From: Candidatus Cloacimonadota bacterium
GTDB lineage: Bacteria; Cloacimonadota; Cloacimonadia; JGIOTU-2
Direction of reading: 5' to 3'
Length of the DNA stretch: 64,000 nt
NCBI GenBank assembly: GCA_049903315.1
Contig: JBNGBT010000004.1
Coordinates: 96,001-160,000, forward strand
Below the pieces are notes generated by a model. The model worked only from the letters and a program-made list of their open reading frames with translations. It ran no database searches and was not told where the DNA came from. Below, one piece after another: positions 8,734 through 17,595 of this stretch. Numbering within the stretch: the stretch's first letter is position 1; every line of letters begins with the position of its first letter. The position numbers and the translations under genes are program-made.

Positions 8734-10188
8734 ATGAAAAAACTAATGATTTTTGTTTCAATGTGTATGTTAATAGGGTTTGCTTTTGCTGAACTGACTG
8801 CAGACGTTTCAGAAGAAATGAACAGGCTGCAGATCTACACTGAAGAGTTTCCTCCGTTAAATTTGATGATGGATGGTCAATTAACAGGTCAAGCAACCGA
8901 GGTCATTCAAGAGATTTTAAAGAGAATGGGAGTCAATAAGAAAATTACTCTTCTCCTATGGTCTGATGCATATCAAAAGCTCACGAATGAGTCCAATATC
9001 GCGTTATTTTCCACCTGTCTGACTTCCGCGAGGAAAGATCTTTTCAAGTGGGTTGGACCTGTGAGTTCTGTCGAGAACTATTTCTATACTTCAAAGGATT
9101 GCACTCTGAATTTAAACACACTCGATGATGCGAAGAAAGTGCTTAAAATAGCAGTTTTGAAAGATTATGCAATTTCGGGAATTCTGAAAGAGAAAGGATT
9201 TACAAATCTCGTTGAGTACAACACTATTCAGGAAATTTTTACAGAGTTACTGAATGGAAAAGTGAATCTTTTCCCTTGTTCCAACCTGGTTCTGAACAGT
9301 GAAATAAAGAAACTCGGAATTGATCCGGGTGAATTTAAAAAAGCACTCTTCATAACTTCGGAACTCGAATACATTGCTTTTTCACAATCTACATCTGATG
9401 AGCTGATACAGACATGGCAGAATCACCTTAATGATATGAAAAATGATGGAACTTTTGATAAGATATTCAAAAAATGGCTTCCTGATGAAATACCTCCTGG
9501 AATACTTCAAATATATACTGAGGATTATCCTCCACTCACATTCCAGGAAAATGGGAAAATTACCGGTTTTGGAACTGAAGTTGTGCGTGAAATTCTTACA
9601 AGACTAGATATTCCCGATAATATCCGTATTTCTTCCTGGGAGAATGGATATCACCTGTGCCTTATTAATCCAAATTTTATTCTTTTCACAATGAAAAGGA
9701 CTCCACTCCGCGAGAAGCTATTTAACTGGGTTGGTCCAATCGGCTCGAATCATACGATCTTCTATGCGAAAAAGGGTTCGAAAATAAAGATCAGCAGCAT
9801 GGAAGACGCAAAAAAAGTCGGGAAAATAGCCACATGCTCTGCTTGGTTTTCCGAGCAGGACCTCAAAGATGCTGGCTTTAAAAACCTTGTGAGTTCGCCA
9901 AATCCAACTGAAAATGTCCGCCAGTTGGTAGAAGGAGAAGTTGAGCTTTCTATATTTACTGACATTACAATTCCCGCTATTGCAAAGCAGGCAGGATACT
10001 CTATAGATGATCTCGAACCAGTTTATACAGTGAGCACAGGGGATTTCTATATCGCTATTTCTCAGGGAACACCGGAAAATGTTATTGATGAATGGCAGCA
10101 GGTTTTTTATGAGATCTATGATGATGGAACTCTGGAAAAACTCTATCAAGAATGGCTTCCAGGGAGTACACTTCCCAAAATAGAATAA
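8734..10188 (+). CDS. Periplasmic substrate-binding protein with two tandem family-3 (amino-acid type) domains
   Basis: Signal peptide; duplicated LQIYTE[ED]xPP...G.TG..TEV..EIL...R..LF.WVGP...YIA.S...DG[TL].K....WLP halves. Confidence 0.85.
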   Translation: MKKLMIFVSMCMLIGFAFAELTADVSEEMNRLQIYTEEFPPLNLMMDGQLTGQATEVIQEILKRMGVNKKITLLLWSDAYQKLTNESNIALFSTCLTSARKDLFKWVGPVSSVENYFYTSKDCTLNLNTLDDAKKVLKIAVLKDYAISGILKEKGFTNLVEYNTIQEIFTELLNGKVNLFPCSNLVLNSEIKKLGIDPGEFKKALFITSELEYIAFSQSTSDELIQTWQNHLNDMKNDGTFDKIFKKWLPDEIPPGILQIYTEDYPPLTFQENGKITGFGTEVVREILTRLDIPDNIRISSWENGYHLCLINPNFILFTMKRTPLREKLFNWVGPIGSNHTIFYAKKGSKIKISSMEDAKKVGKIATCSAWFSEQDLKDAGFKNLVSSPNPTENVRQLVEGEVELSIFTDITIPAIAKQAGYSIDDLEPVYTVSTGDFYIAISQGTPENVIDEWQQVFYEIYDDGTLEKLYQEWLPGSTLPKIE

Positions 10189-10215
10189 CAATAATTTCTA
10201 AAAATATTTATATTA

Positions 10216-10244
10216 GGGATGCACGAAAGTGTGTCCCTTTTTTT
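10216..10244 (+). terminator. Intrinsic terminator
   Basis: AGGGATGCAC-GAAA-GTGTGTCCCT followed by a T run. Confidence 0.8.
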
Positions 10245-10253
10245 CTGAATTAT

Positions 10254-10293
10254 TTGACAACTCTTTTTAAAAGTAAAAAACTTACCGGTAAGT
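10254..10293 (+). promoter_or_regulatory. Sigma-70-like promoter with palindromic TetR-type operator
   Basis: TTGACA near 10254; perfect 14-bp palindrome ACTTACCGGTAAGT (10280-10293) between promoter and RBS of the TetR gene. Confidence 0.65.
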
Positions 10294-10303
10294 AAGGAGC
10301 ATA

Positions 10304-10909
10304 ATGAAAACAAAAAAAATCATTGTCCAAACTGCACTTAAACTTTTTCTTGCAAAGGGTTTCAATGAAACTTCGATGAACGAAATCGCCCGAGAAGTGG
10401 GTATTTCAAAACCTGCTGTTTATCATCACTTTAAAAATAAAGAAGTTCTGGTACAAGCTATCTTTGATTATTTCTCTGCAAAAATGGCTGTATGGTCACA
10501 GGAATATTTTGCAGATTGCACCGACGAACAAAAAGTCCATAAGTTGTTTTCTTCGACACCCACCTTCATGCATATCGAAAAGGTAATGCTCGACGATGCT
10601 TCTGCGGAATTGCCCTATAGCTACAATATGTTCATGCTGCTTATGAGCCGAATGGATCCAGCATATAAAACTCGAATTTCAGAAGATCTCCTGCTGACAC
10701 AGAGAAAAATGACAGCTTCTTTTGCACATCTTCAACAAGAACAGTCTGTACGGGATGATATTGATCCTGCAATACTCTCTCTCTTGTTGCATACTATTCT
10801 AGAAGGACTCTCATTTCTCGGGGAACTCATCGAAAATATTAATGTTCAAGCTGAATCTGAAAATTTATATCAAGCATTCTGGAAAATGATAAAAAAGGAA
10901 AACCAATAA
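10304..10909 (+). CDS. TetR/AcrR family transcriptional regulator
   Basis: ALKLFLAKGFNETSMNEIAREVGISKPAVYHHFKNKE HTH. Confidence 0.93.
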   Translation: MKTKKIIVQTALKLFLAKGFNETSMNEIAREVGISKPAVYHHFKNKEVLVQAIFDYFSAKMAVWSQEYFADCTDEQKVHKLFSSTPTFMHIEKVMLDDASAELPYSYNMFMLLMSRMDPAYKTRISEDLLLTQRKMTASFAHLQQEQSVRDDIDPAILSLLLHTILEGLSFLGELIENINVQAESENLYQAFWKMIKKENQ

Positions 10910-10923
10910 TACAAGGAGTTTAC

Positions 10924-12150
10924 ATGTACAAGAGAAAATACTGTATACATGTTTTTTTTGCGATCTTTATCTTTATCTTTATCTTTATCTGTGGGGGGCT
11001 TTATGCACAGATTGAGTTTATCGAGCAGCTTAGAGGTGGTTTGCCGGAACCGATAACAAAAGTAGTGTATCCCTTCCACCTGACCCGTTCACATATAATT
11101 GAAGTCCCTGTGACAATTAATGATCTTGACCAGGATCTTACTTTTGTCTTTGATACCTGTGGCAATACGATGATTGGTTGGGATATGGCTGAAAAACTTG
11201 GTCTTGCAATCGATTCGATGGCAACACCTATGCAGACAATGTATCTGAGTAAGACAGAAAAAATCACTGCATGCGATCTCACAGTGAAAGATTTCAATAT
11301 GACGGTGATGGACTTTAAAAAGACCTTCGAGCTGGGTAATGATGAACTGGAAGGGATGATCGGACCGGAGTTCATACGCTTTTATCGTACAACTATTGAT
11401 TATCAAAATAACGAACTTATTTTTGAGAATAACGATATCCCACTTGAAGCGGAAACGTCAAAGCAGCATCTTATTGATATGGAGATAATGATGCCGTACC
11501 ATCCGACTGTGCAGATGCAGATCGGAGATTATTTCCCGATCATGGGAAGGATTGATACAGGACTGAATTATGGGATTGTTCTTCCAATCGCATTTATAGA
11601 AAATCTTCCTGAAGAGGAACAGGGAAAACTCGTTTCATGCAAAGGATATTTCGCGCGCTGGCCATTTGTCGATTCCCATGAAAATTATCTCTACAAATGT
11701 CGGGAATTCAGAATAGGAGATATGATATTTAAAGATGTGGGCGTTATCTTTGCAAATTTTCCGTTCAATAATTCAGCACTTCTTGGAAAGGATTTTCTTG
11801 AACAGTATGTGACCACACTCGATTTCCCAAACAGAAAAGTGCTTCTATCTGAGATTGAGGAATCATCAAAAGATATTCTCTTTTCAACAGGAATAAATGT
11901 GCGTAAATTAGATGACGGTACTTTCAAAATCGTCGGTATTTGGGAAGGTTCACCAGCAGACAAATCTGGTATCGAGCTGGATGATATTATTCATAATATA
12001 AATGGTGCGGCTGCTGATGAGATAGAATCGGGAGAGCTCTACCTCATGAGGTTTGAAAAAAATGTAAAAGAATTGACGTTGAAATTACAGAAACCAGGCA
12101 GTGAAGAGGTGAAAGAAATTGTGTTGAAAAAAGAATTGTTAATAGAATAA
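10924..12150 (+). CDS. Secreted twin-domain retropepsin-like aspartyl protease with C-terminal PDZ domain
   Basis: Signal peptide; FVFDTCG...GMIG and GRIDTG...ALLG motifs; GSPADKSGI...DII..ING PDZ. Confidence 0.8.
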   Translation: MYKRKYCIHVFFAIFIFIFIFICGGLYAQIEFIEQLRGGLPEPITKVVYPFHLTRSHIIEVPVTINDLDQDLTFVFDTCGNTMIGWDMAEKLGLAIDSMATPMQTMYLSKTEKITACDLTVKDFNMTVMDFKKTFELGNDELEGMIGPEFIRFYRTTIDYQNNELIFENNDIPLEAETSKQHLIDMEIMMPYHPTVQMQIGDYFPIMGRIDTGLNYGIVLPIAFIENLPEEEQGKLVSCKGYFARWPFVDSHENYLYKCREFRIGDMIFKDVGVIFANFPFNNSALLGKDFLEQYVTTLDFPNRKVLLSEIEESSKDILFSTGINVRKLDDGTFKIVGIWEGSPADKSGIELDDIIHNINGAAADEIESGELYLMRFEKNVKELTLKLQKPGSEEVKEIVLKKELLIE

Positions 12151-12182
12151 TTTATCAGGTTATGGAATATGAATAACAGATG

Positions 12183-12208
12183 AGGGGCTGATCGCGATCA
12201 GCCCTTTT
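12183..12208 (+). terminator. Intrinsic terminator
   Basis: AGGGGCTGATC-GC-GATCAGCCCTTTT. Confidence 0.7.
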
Positions 12209-12287
12209 ACATACCAAATCAATAAAAATTGACATACCAGACACAAGATTAATAAAAAAAATAAGAATTAATGCAAAGGGCAACAAC

Positions 12288-12992
12288 ATGGATGAAAAAG
12301 CATTTGCTGCATTTTTAAAAAAGAAAGGGAAAAAAGCCGATGTGGTCGAGAGAAATATACGAACAGTCAATAATGTCGCTGATTTCATGAAAAGGGAATT
12401 TCATAAACAATTTGAAGATATTTCACCCGATGATATCAAACAATACGTTTCAGCACTCGAAGCACAAAAGAAATCTCCCAAAGGACCACTCTACGTACTT
12501 ATGAATTATTTCAAATTCACTGATGACAAGGAATTACTGAAATGCGCAGCCTCTCTTCGTCAAACACGCACTAAAAAATCGAGGAGTGTGTTCTTACTTA
12601 AAAATTTCATGGATGTAAACCAGGAGTGTGTCCAAGCATTAGCAAACGCAGGTATAAAGAATGTCGATGACATGCTGAAAGCCGGAAATACGAAGATAAA
12701 AAGAAAGAAGCTATCCCGGAAACTCAATATTCCTGAGGATGCTATCCTCGAACTGGTAAAACTTTCAGATATAACACGGCTGGGATATGTAAAAACTAAG
12801 CTGACCCGTCTCTATTACAATGCAGGACTTGATTCACCGGAAAAAATTGCAATATTTGAACCAGATGAGTTGCACGAATTCTTTGTGAAATTCGTAAAAG
12901 AATCCCGCTGGGAAGGCATGGTGCCGAATCCAAAGGATTTGGTTGGAAATATAGCCAGTGCCCGAACATTGAAGAAGGTTGTTGAAGAATAG
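12288..12992 (+). CDS. DUF4332-like helix-hairpin-helix protein with N-terminal integrase-N (SAM-like) region
   Basis: LANAGIKNVDDMLKAG.T...RKKLSRKLNI....ILELVKLSDITR...GYV.....LY.AG pattern. Confidence 0.65.
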   Translation: MDEKAFAAFLKKKGKKADVVERNIRTVNNVADFMKREFHKQFEDISPDDIKQYVSALEAQKKSPKGPLYVLMNYFKFTDDKELLKCAASLRQTRTKKSRSVFLLKNFMDVNQECVQALANAGIKNVDDMLKAGNTKIKRKKLSRKLNIPEDAILELVKLSDITRLGYVKTKLTRLYYNAGLDSPEKIAIFEPDELHEFFVKFVKESRWEGMVPNPKDLVGNIASARTLKKVVEE

Positions 12993-13029
12993 GATGAAAA
13001 TTTGAGTGTAATGATAAGGAATTGATCGT

Positions 13030-13572
13030 ATGACAGAAAAGTACAAACATTGGTCAAAAAGCAATATTATATGGAGTACACTTCTCACGATCCTATGTAT
13101 TACCTGTTTTCCGTTCAACCTGCTTGTTATATTCGGGATCATCAAACCTGGTCATAATAATTTTGCCTATTGGATCGGATGGGTGATTTGGTTGGTTGGC
13201 ATGATTCTGATCATCTCGCCAATGATCTTGTTCCCGCGGCGGGGCGGTGTTCCCAGAGGAAAGGCATTTGTGCATACAACGAGTCTTGTTACAACAGGAA
13301 TCTATCATATTGTCAGGCATCCGCAATATCTGGGCGGTATTCTGGCAGTTTTTATTACAACTTTGCTCTGGTATCCGCATTGGGTGTTCGCAGTACTTGG
13401 TGTTATCGGGACTGCTGTTGTCTATGTGGGCAGCAGGGAGGAAGATCAAAGGCTTTTGCAAAAATTTGGTGAAGACTACAAGGTATATAAACAAAAAGTG
13501 CCGGGAATGAATATTTTGTTGGGTTTTATACGTTATAATAAACGCAGAAAAGAAAGGATCAAATATGAATAA
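13030..13572 (+). CDS. Isoprenylcysteine carboxyl methyltransferase (ICMT/PEMT) family membrane protein
   Basis: LVTTGIYHIVRHPQYLG and EED..L.QKFGEDY..Y..KVP. Confidence 0.88.
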   Translation: MTEKYKHWSKSNIIWSTLLTILCITCFPFNLLVIFGIIKPGHNNFAYWIGWVIWLVGMILIISPMILFPRRGGVPRGKAFVHTTSLVTTGIYHIVRHPQYLGGILAVFITTLLWYPHWVFAVLGVIGTAVVYVGSREEDQRLLQKFGEDYKVYKQKVPGMNILLGFIRYNKRRKERIKYE

Positions 13573-13819
13573 TGTACTCCTTCTTATTATAGTTTTAGTG
13601 TTATGCGTGATACTAATATTTATCTTTTTTTACATGTTGTGGCGGAATAAAAGTGCATGGGGAGTTAATCCAAAACGAATTACCTGTCCCCATTGTAATA
13701 AGCCATTACCATTTGTTCGTAAACCGAAAAACTTCAGGCAGGCATTGTGGGGTGGGAGTACATGCCCGAATTGCGGAACAGAAGTGGATAAATGGGGAAG
13801 AGAGATAGATAAATCATAA
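13565..13819 (+). CDS. Small membrane-anchored zinc-ribbon protein
   Basis: N-terminal TM, CPHC...RKPKN.RQALWGG.TCPNCG.EVDKWG. Confidence 0.7.
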   Translation: MNNVLLLIIVLVLCVILIFIFFYMLWRNKSAWGVNPKRITCPHCNKPLPFVRKPKNFRQALWGGSTCPNCGTEVDKWGREIDKS

Positions 13820-13878
13820 ATAACTCGATGTACTCTAAAATTCTTGTGTATCAATTGCATAATAAATGAGTAAAAGGT

Positions 13879-13944
13879 GTAGAGACGGGTTTATCCCGTC
13901 GGTTATTATTTTCTGCAGGATGAACCCGCACCTATCCCCAATAA
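13879..13944. repeat. GTAG-type REP-like palindrome pair
   Basis: GTAGAGACGGG-TTTAT-CCCGTC ... GCAGGATGAACCCGCACCTA; degenerate copy at 15718-15780. Confidence 0.55.
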
Positions 13945-14084
13945 TTTGTTAAATATCCCGCACCTAAATTTTACTTGGGTGTGCTTTTAGTGTGAATATT
14001 TTGGTTAATTTTCATATAAGATATTTTCTATTTGACAGTTTGCAATCCCATTTGTTATTTGTCATAAAAAAAGGGTAAAATACT

Positions 14085-15680
14085 ATGAAAAAACATCCAA
14101 CCATTAAAGTGATATTCATTATCATGATTATTATTATTGTCGCTGCGATAGTGATCTTAACTATAAATTTCAATCCACCAACCAATAAAAATCTTACACA
14201 GAATACAGCGATCATGATAGACAGAGTTAAGGCATCGCTCGTTCCTTTGGTGAAGAGATATCCCGTTCGATATGATCTTCTGGCTGGTATTGCAGAAAAA
14301 GGTTTGGACAATATTCAAAATTATGCGTTGCCAAATTTTTTGGCACAGGATTATTTCAAAGGATATTCTGATATGAACACCTATCAATCCCTCAAATTTC
14401 CGCAAGATCACAAAGCACAACTCGATTTTCAATTTGGATGGTATTTTTGGTCAGGAAATTTCTTCGATGAAAACAATAATTTAGTTGATGTAGTAATAGT
14501 GTTTTTCAGACGAGCGTTATATCCACCGCCAATTGCATCTGAATTGGGATTATCCGATATTGAAAATCAGCTTGTGCAAACTGTTGTTGCGGTAAATTTT
14601 GCTGATAAAAATCTGCATATCACAGGCAGCAATCCCATTATTTCCGGAACGAGCGGAGAAATTGTGTATGAAATAGAACCTTTCTTAGCCCGGGTAGGCG
14701 AGAATCGAGCGCAGAGTCTGCAAAAAGATAAGATGTTCCCGATGAAAATTACTATTAATGATCCGGATAAAGAATTGAGAATTGACCTCGATCTTAAAGA
14801 AAGTAAACCCATCTTGCTTCAGGGTGATGAAGGCAAAGTACCTTCAATTTTCGGCTTGGGAACGTGGTATTATTCTTATCCCAATATCAAAACAACAGGT
14901 TCAGTCACGTATCAGGGAGAAACCAGAAATCTTAAAGGAAAAATGTGGATGGATCACCAATGGATGTCAGGAATCGCGCCAACAGGTTATCCGAAAAACA
15001 TTGCGGTGCAGGCACTTGCCACGATTATTAGTGGTTTTAATGGGAAAACTCCTCAATCATTTGGCTGGGATTGGTCTGATGTCCAGTTTGATGATAATAC
15101 TGAAGTCACTTTTGCTAGTCCCCATTCGGATAGAACAGAGGAATTGCAAAACATGGGAGAAAATCCTCCAGCAGATGTTACCCGTGTAGTGTCCGGAAAA
15201 TATATCGATGAGAACGGAAACAGTGAAGTAATAACAGGATCCGTTACGATCAACAAATGGATGCGTAGTCCCAGGTCTCATGCCTGGTATCCCAACGGCT
15301 GGGAAGTGAAATTTCCTGACAAGAACCTGGAATTCACCATGACATCGACTGTTGATGACCAGTTTATATATTCTGTTGCAAGTGAAATTCGTGAAGGCGG
15401 AACTATCGTGAAGGGCACGAAGGACGGAAAAGAAATATCCGGGTATGGATTTGGCGAAGGTGTTAATTATTCAGGGTATGATTTTCCCTTAAAAGAAAAT
15501 ATGGTTTTACTCGGCATTGAAGATAATGCTGCAAATCGCGCATTGCTCCAGGCAAGTCCTCCCGACACATGGTTGGTGATCCAGAGTATAATAGTTTTAG
15601 CTGCCTTTGTTGCATTGTTTATTTCCATTATTCTTATAATAATTATTCTAATAAAGAAGAGACATATTCAAAAAGCATAA
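14085..15680 (+). CDS. Lipocalin-like (CrtC/AttH-type) protein with N- and C-terminal TM helices
   Basis: FPQDH...GWYFWSG, LLQGDEG, YYSYP..TTG.V...G.MWMDHQW, GWDW..VQFDD, W.SP.S...YP.GW, EG. Confidence 0.78.
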   Translation: MKKHPTIKVIFIIMIIIIVAAIVILTINFNPPTNKNLTQNTAIMIDRVKASLVPLVKRYPVRYDLLAGIAEKGLDNIQNYALPNFLAQDYFKGYSDMNTYQSLKFPQDHKAQLDFQFGWYFWSGNFFDENNNLVDVVIVFFRRALYPPPIASELGLSDIENQLVQTVVAVNFADKNLHITGSNPIISGTSGEIVYEIEPFLARVGENRAQSLQKDKMFPMKITINDPDKELRIDLDLKESKPILLQGDEGKVPSIFGLGTWYYSYPNIKTTGSVTYQGETRNLKGKMWMDHQWMSGIAPTGYPKNIAVQALATIISGFNGKTPQSFGWDWSDVQFDDNTEVTFASPHSDRTEELQNMGENPPADVTRVVSGKYIDENGNSEVITGSVTINKWMRSPRSHAWYPNGWEVKFPDKNLEFTMTSTVDDQFIYSVASEIREGGTIVKGTKDGKEISGYGFGEGVNYSGYDFPLKENMVLLGIEDNAANRALLQASPPDTWLVIQSIIVLAAFVALFISIILIIIILIKKRHIQKA

Positions 15681-15717
15681 AACTTATCAATATAATACAA
15701 GTTATAAAAGATATAAC

Positions 15718-15780
15718 TGCGGGTTTATTCCGTCAGGAAAAATTATTAGTTTGTTGCGGTTGAACATGCTCATCCCAATA
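15718..15780. repeat. Degenerate copy of the REP-like pair at 13879-13944
   Basis: GCGGGTTTATTCCGTC...TTATT...TGCGGTTGAAC...ATCCCAATA. Confidence 0.45.
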
Positions 15781-15838
15781 TTTTTTGTGTAGGTAAGGAT
15801 CATTCAATCAATGTATCTATATTTCAGTTTTAAAATCA

Positions 15839-16128
15839 GCCACCAAGCTGGGGCTTGGTAACGAGTAATATTTCTTTACTTCTCTCCCTTCACACTTTCC
15901 AAAATTTTCATTGCTTCTGAGCACCATAGCGGGAGAGATAAATCTGAAATCTTAAATCGTTAATCAATATTCGATATTGTTTTTGACCTCATCCCGATTT
16001 GCGTGTAGCAAATCGACCTTCTCCTCGCCAGGAGAAGGGAACCAAAAGTTGAATGTTGTCACGAGTCGGTCATACAGGGAACGACTCGGGATAGGAAAAC
16101 GCCACCAAGCAGGGGCTTAGTAATGAGT
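15839..16128. repeat. Cluster of REP-like hairpins bounded by a 28-bp direct repeat
   Basis: GCCACCAAGCTGGGGCTTGGTAACGAGT (15839-15866) and GCCACCAAGCAGGGGCTTAGTAATGAGT (16101-16128); internal hairpins at 15995-16015, 16017-16038, 16062-16088. Confidence 0.75.
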
Positions 16129-16153
16129 GTTTATCGAGATTTTTTTATTCCTT

Positions 16154-16378
16154 CTATCCCTTGTTCACGCTTTCCACAATCTTCATTGCTTCTTCTTTAT
16201 CGGCTTTATTGATAACCACACCAACACCTTCTGTGAGCTGGAGCTGCGGCATCATGCCGTCACAATCATCAGAAATAATATAGCATTCAATCCCCGCACT
16301 TTTCAGCAATCCTTCAAGCAATTCCGCTTCGATCATATCATCAAAAACTTCCAATACTATTTCGCCTTCATTTATCAT
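16154..16378 (-). CDS. DUF2007 / putative signal-transducing protein
   Basis: EAELLEGLLKSAGIEC.I..D..GMMP......V.V...D.EEA..I. Confidence 0.8.
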   Translation of the reverse strand: MINEGEIVLEVFDDMIEAELLEGLLKSAGIECYIISDDCDGMMPQLQLTEGVGVVINKADKEEAMKIVESVNKG

Positions 16379-17504
16379 AGTAACTCCATATATTATTTTT
16401 AGGATTATTCAAATCATCCAGCCATGTGGCAGCAGGATTAAGTTTCCTGGAAAAAATCCGTCCAGCATTTCGTTCATCTTTTGCCTGGTGGAATTTAAAG
16501 AGTATCTCATCACCCCTTATGCCGATGATCTCGATCTTACCCTTTTTGTGTGACATGACAAACCTGAATCGCTTACTGTGTCCATCCAGTTGTGCTTTTG
16601 CTTTCTCGACAATTGGATAGCCAATTGAGAGAGGTATCTGGAAATGTTTTTTCACACGTTTAACCGGTCTGCACTGGAAAAGATAATAAGGATTTATGCC
16701 GATCGAGACGAGTTTTCTCATCAGTTCTGCAAGCACATTCGGGTCGTCATTAATACCGCGCAGGAACACGGTTTGATTGTTTATAACTACTCCCGCTCTC
16801 TTAAGCAGCCATACTGTTTCTTTCAGCTCATTAGTGATCTCACGCGGATGATCTATCTGCGTCACAAAATATATTTGTTTGCTTTCGTGGTTATAGGTAT
16901 CAAGCAGGGAAATTAGTGCATCATCATGAAGAATTCTTTTCGGGTAATACACGGGCACTTTTGTACCGAAGCGGATAAAATCGAGGTGTGGGATAGGAGC
17001 AAGAAGTTCGAGGAATCGTGTGAGTACTATTGTAGAAAGCATCAAAGGATCACCGCCGCTAATGAGTACATTATTAATTTCGGAATGGGCTTTAATATAC
17101 TTTACTGCTTGGCTGAAGTTACTGATGATCTCGTCGGATTGCAGACCGACCAAGCGTTTGCGAAAACAGAATCTGCAGTATGATGCACATCTGTTAGTAG
17201 AAAGCACGAGCGCGGTTTTGCTGTATTTATGCTGCAAGCCGGAAAGCTTGGTATTGTATAGTTCGCCACTCGTATCATAAGAGCCGGAAATATCCAACTC
17301 CCGGGAAGAAGGAACAACCATTTTCTTGAGAGGATCATCCGGGTCCGAAAAATCTATTAGGGACAGATAAAATTTCGAGATACACATCGGATGTCTCAGG
17401 ACGACTTTCCGGAGCTGTATCTCATCTTTGGGCGCAAGAGAAATATATTGTTTCAATTCGCCCACAGATGTAATAAAATCTTTTTCTTTCTTCCAATAGG
17501 TCAT
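16368..17504 (-). CDS. KamA-family radical SAM protein (lysine 2,3-aminomutase-like)
   Basis: GLQHKY, CASYCRFCFRKR, VLISGGDPL, RFGTK, HPRE, NQTVFLRGINDD, PYYLFQC, GKIEI. Confidence 0.9.
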   Translation of the reverse strand: MTYWKKEKDFITSVGELKQYISLAPKDEIQLRKVVLRHPMCISKFYLSLIDFSDPDDPLKKMVVPSSRELDISGSYDTSGELYNTKLSGLQHKYSKTALVLSTNRCASYCRFCFRKRLVGLQSDEIISNFSQAVKYIKAHSEINNVLISGGDPLMLSTIVLTRFLELLAPIPHLDFIRFGTKVPVYYPKRILHDDALISLLDTYNHESKQIYFVTQIDHPREITNELKETVWLLKRAGVVINNQTVFLRGINDDPNVLAELMRKLVSIGINPYYLFQCRPVKRVKKHFQIPLSIGYPIVEKAKAQLDGHSKRFRFVMSHKKGKIEIIGIRGDEILFKFHQAKDERNAGRIFSRKLNPAATWLDDLNNPKNNIWSYYDK

Positions 17505-17595
17505 AAGTTTGAGCTCGTTAATTTCAGGTTTTTTTCGACTGGTGATTGACTGATTTGTACGTTAAGCAGGTGTTATAATGCTGTCAATGAATTTT

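Noticed and set aside
12288..12992. Integrase marking an island
   Set aside because: Only an N-terminal SAM-like resemblance; no tyrosine-recombinase catalytic R-H-R-Y residues.
16368..17504. Calling the KamA-family gene epmB or kamA because efp is in the window
   Set aside because: It is 30 kb from efp, no epmA or lysine-fermentation genes are adjacent, and substrate cannot be read from motifs.
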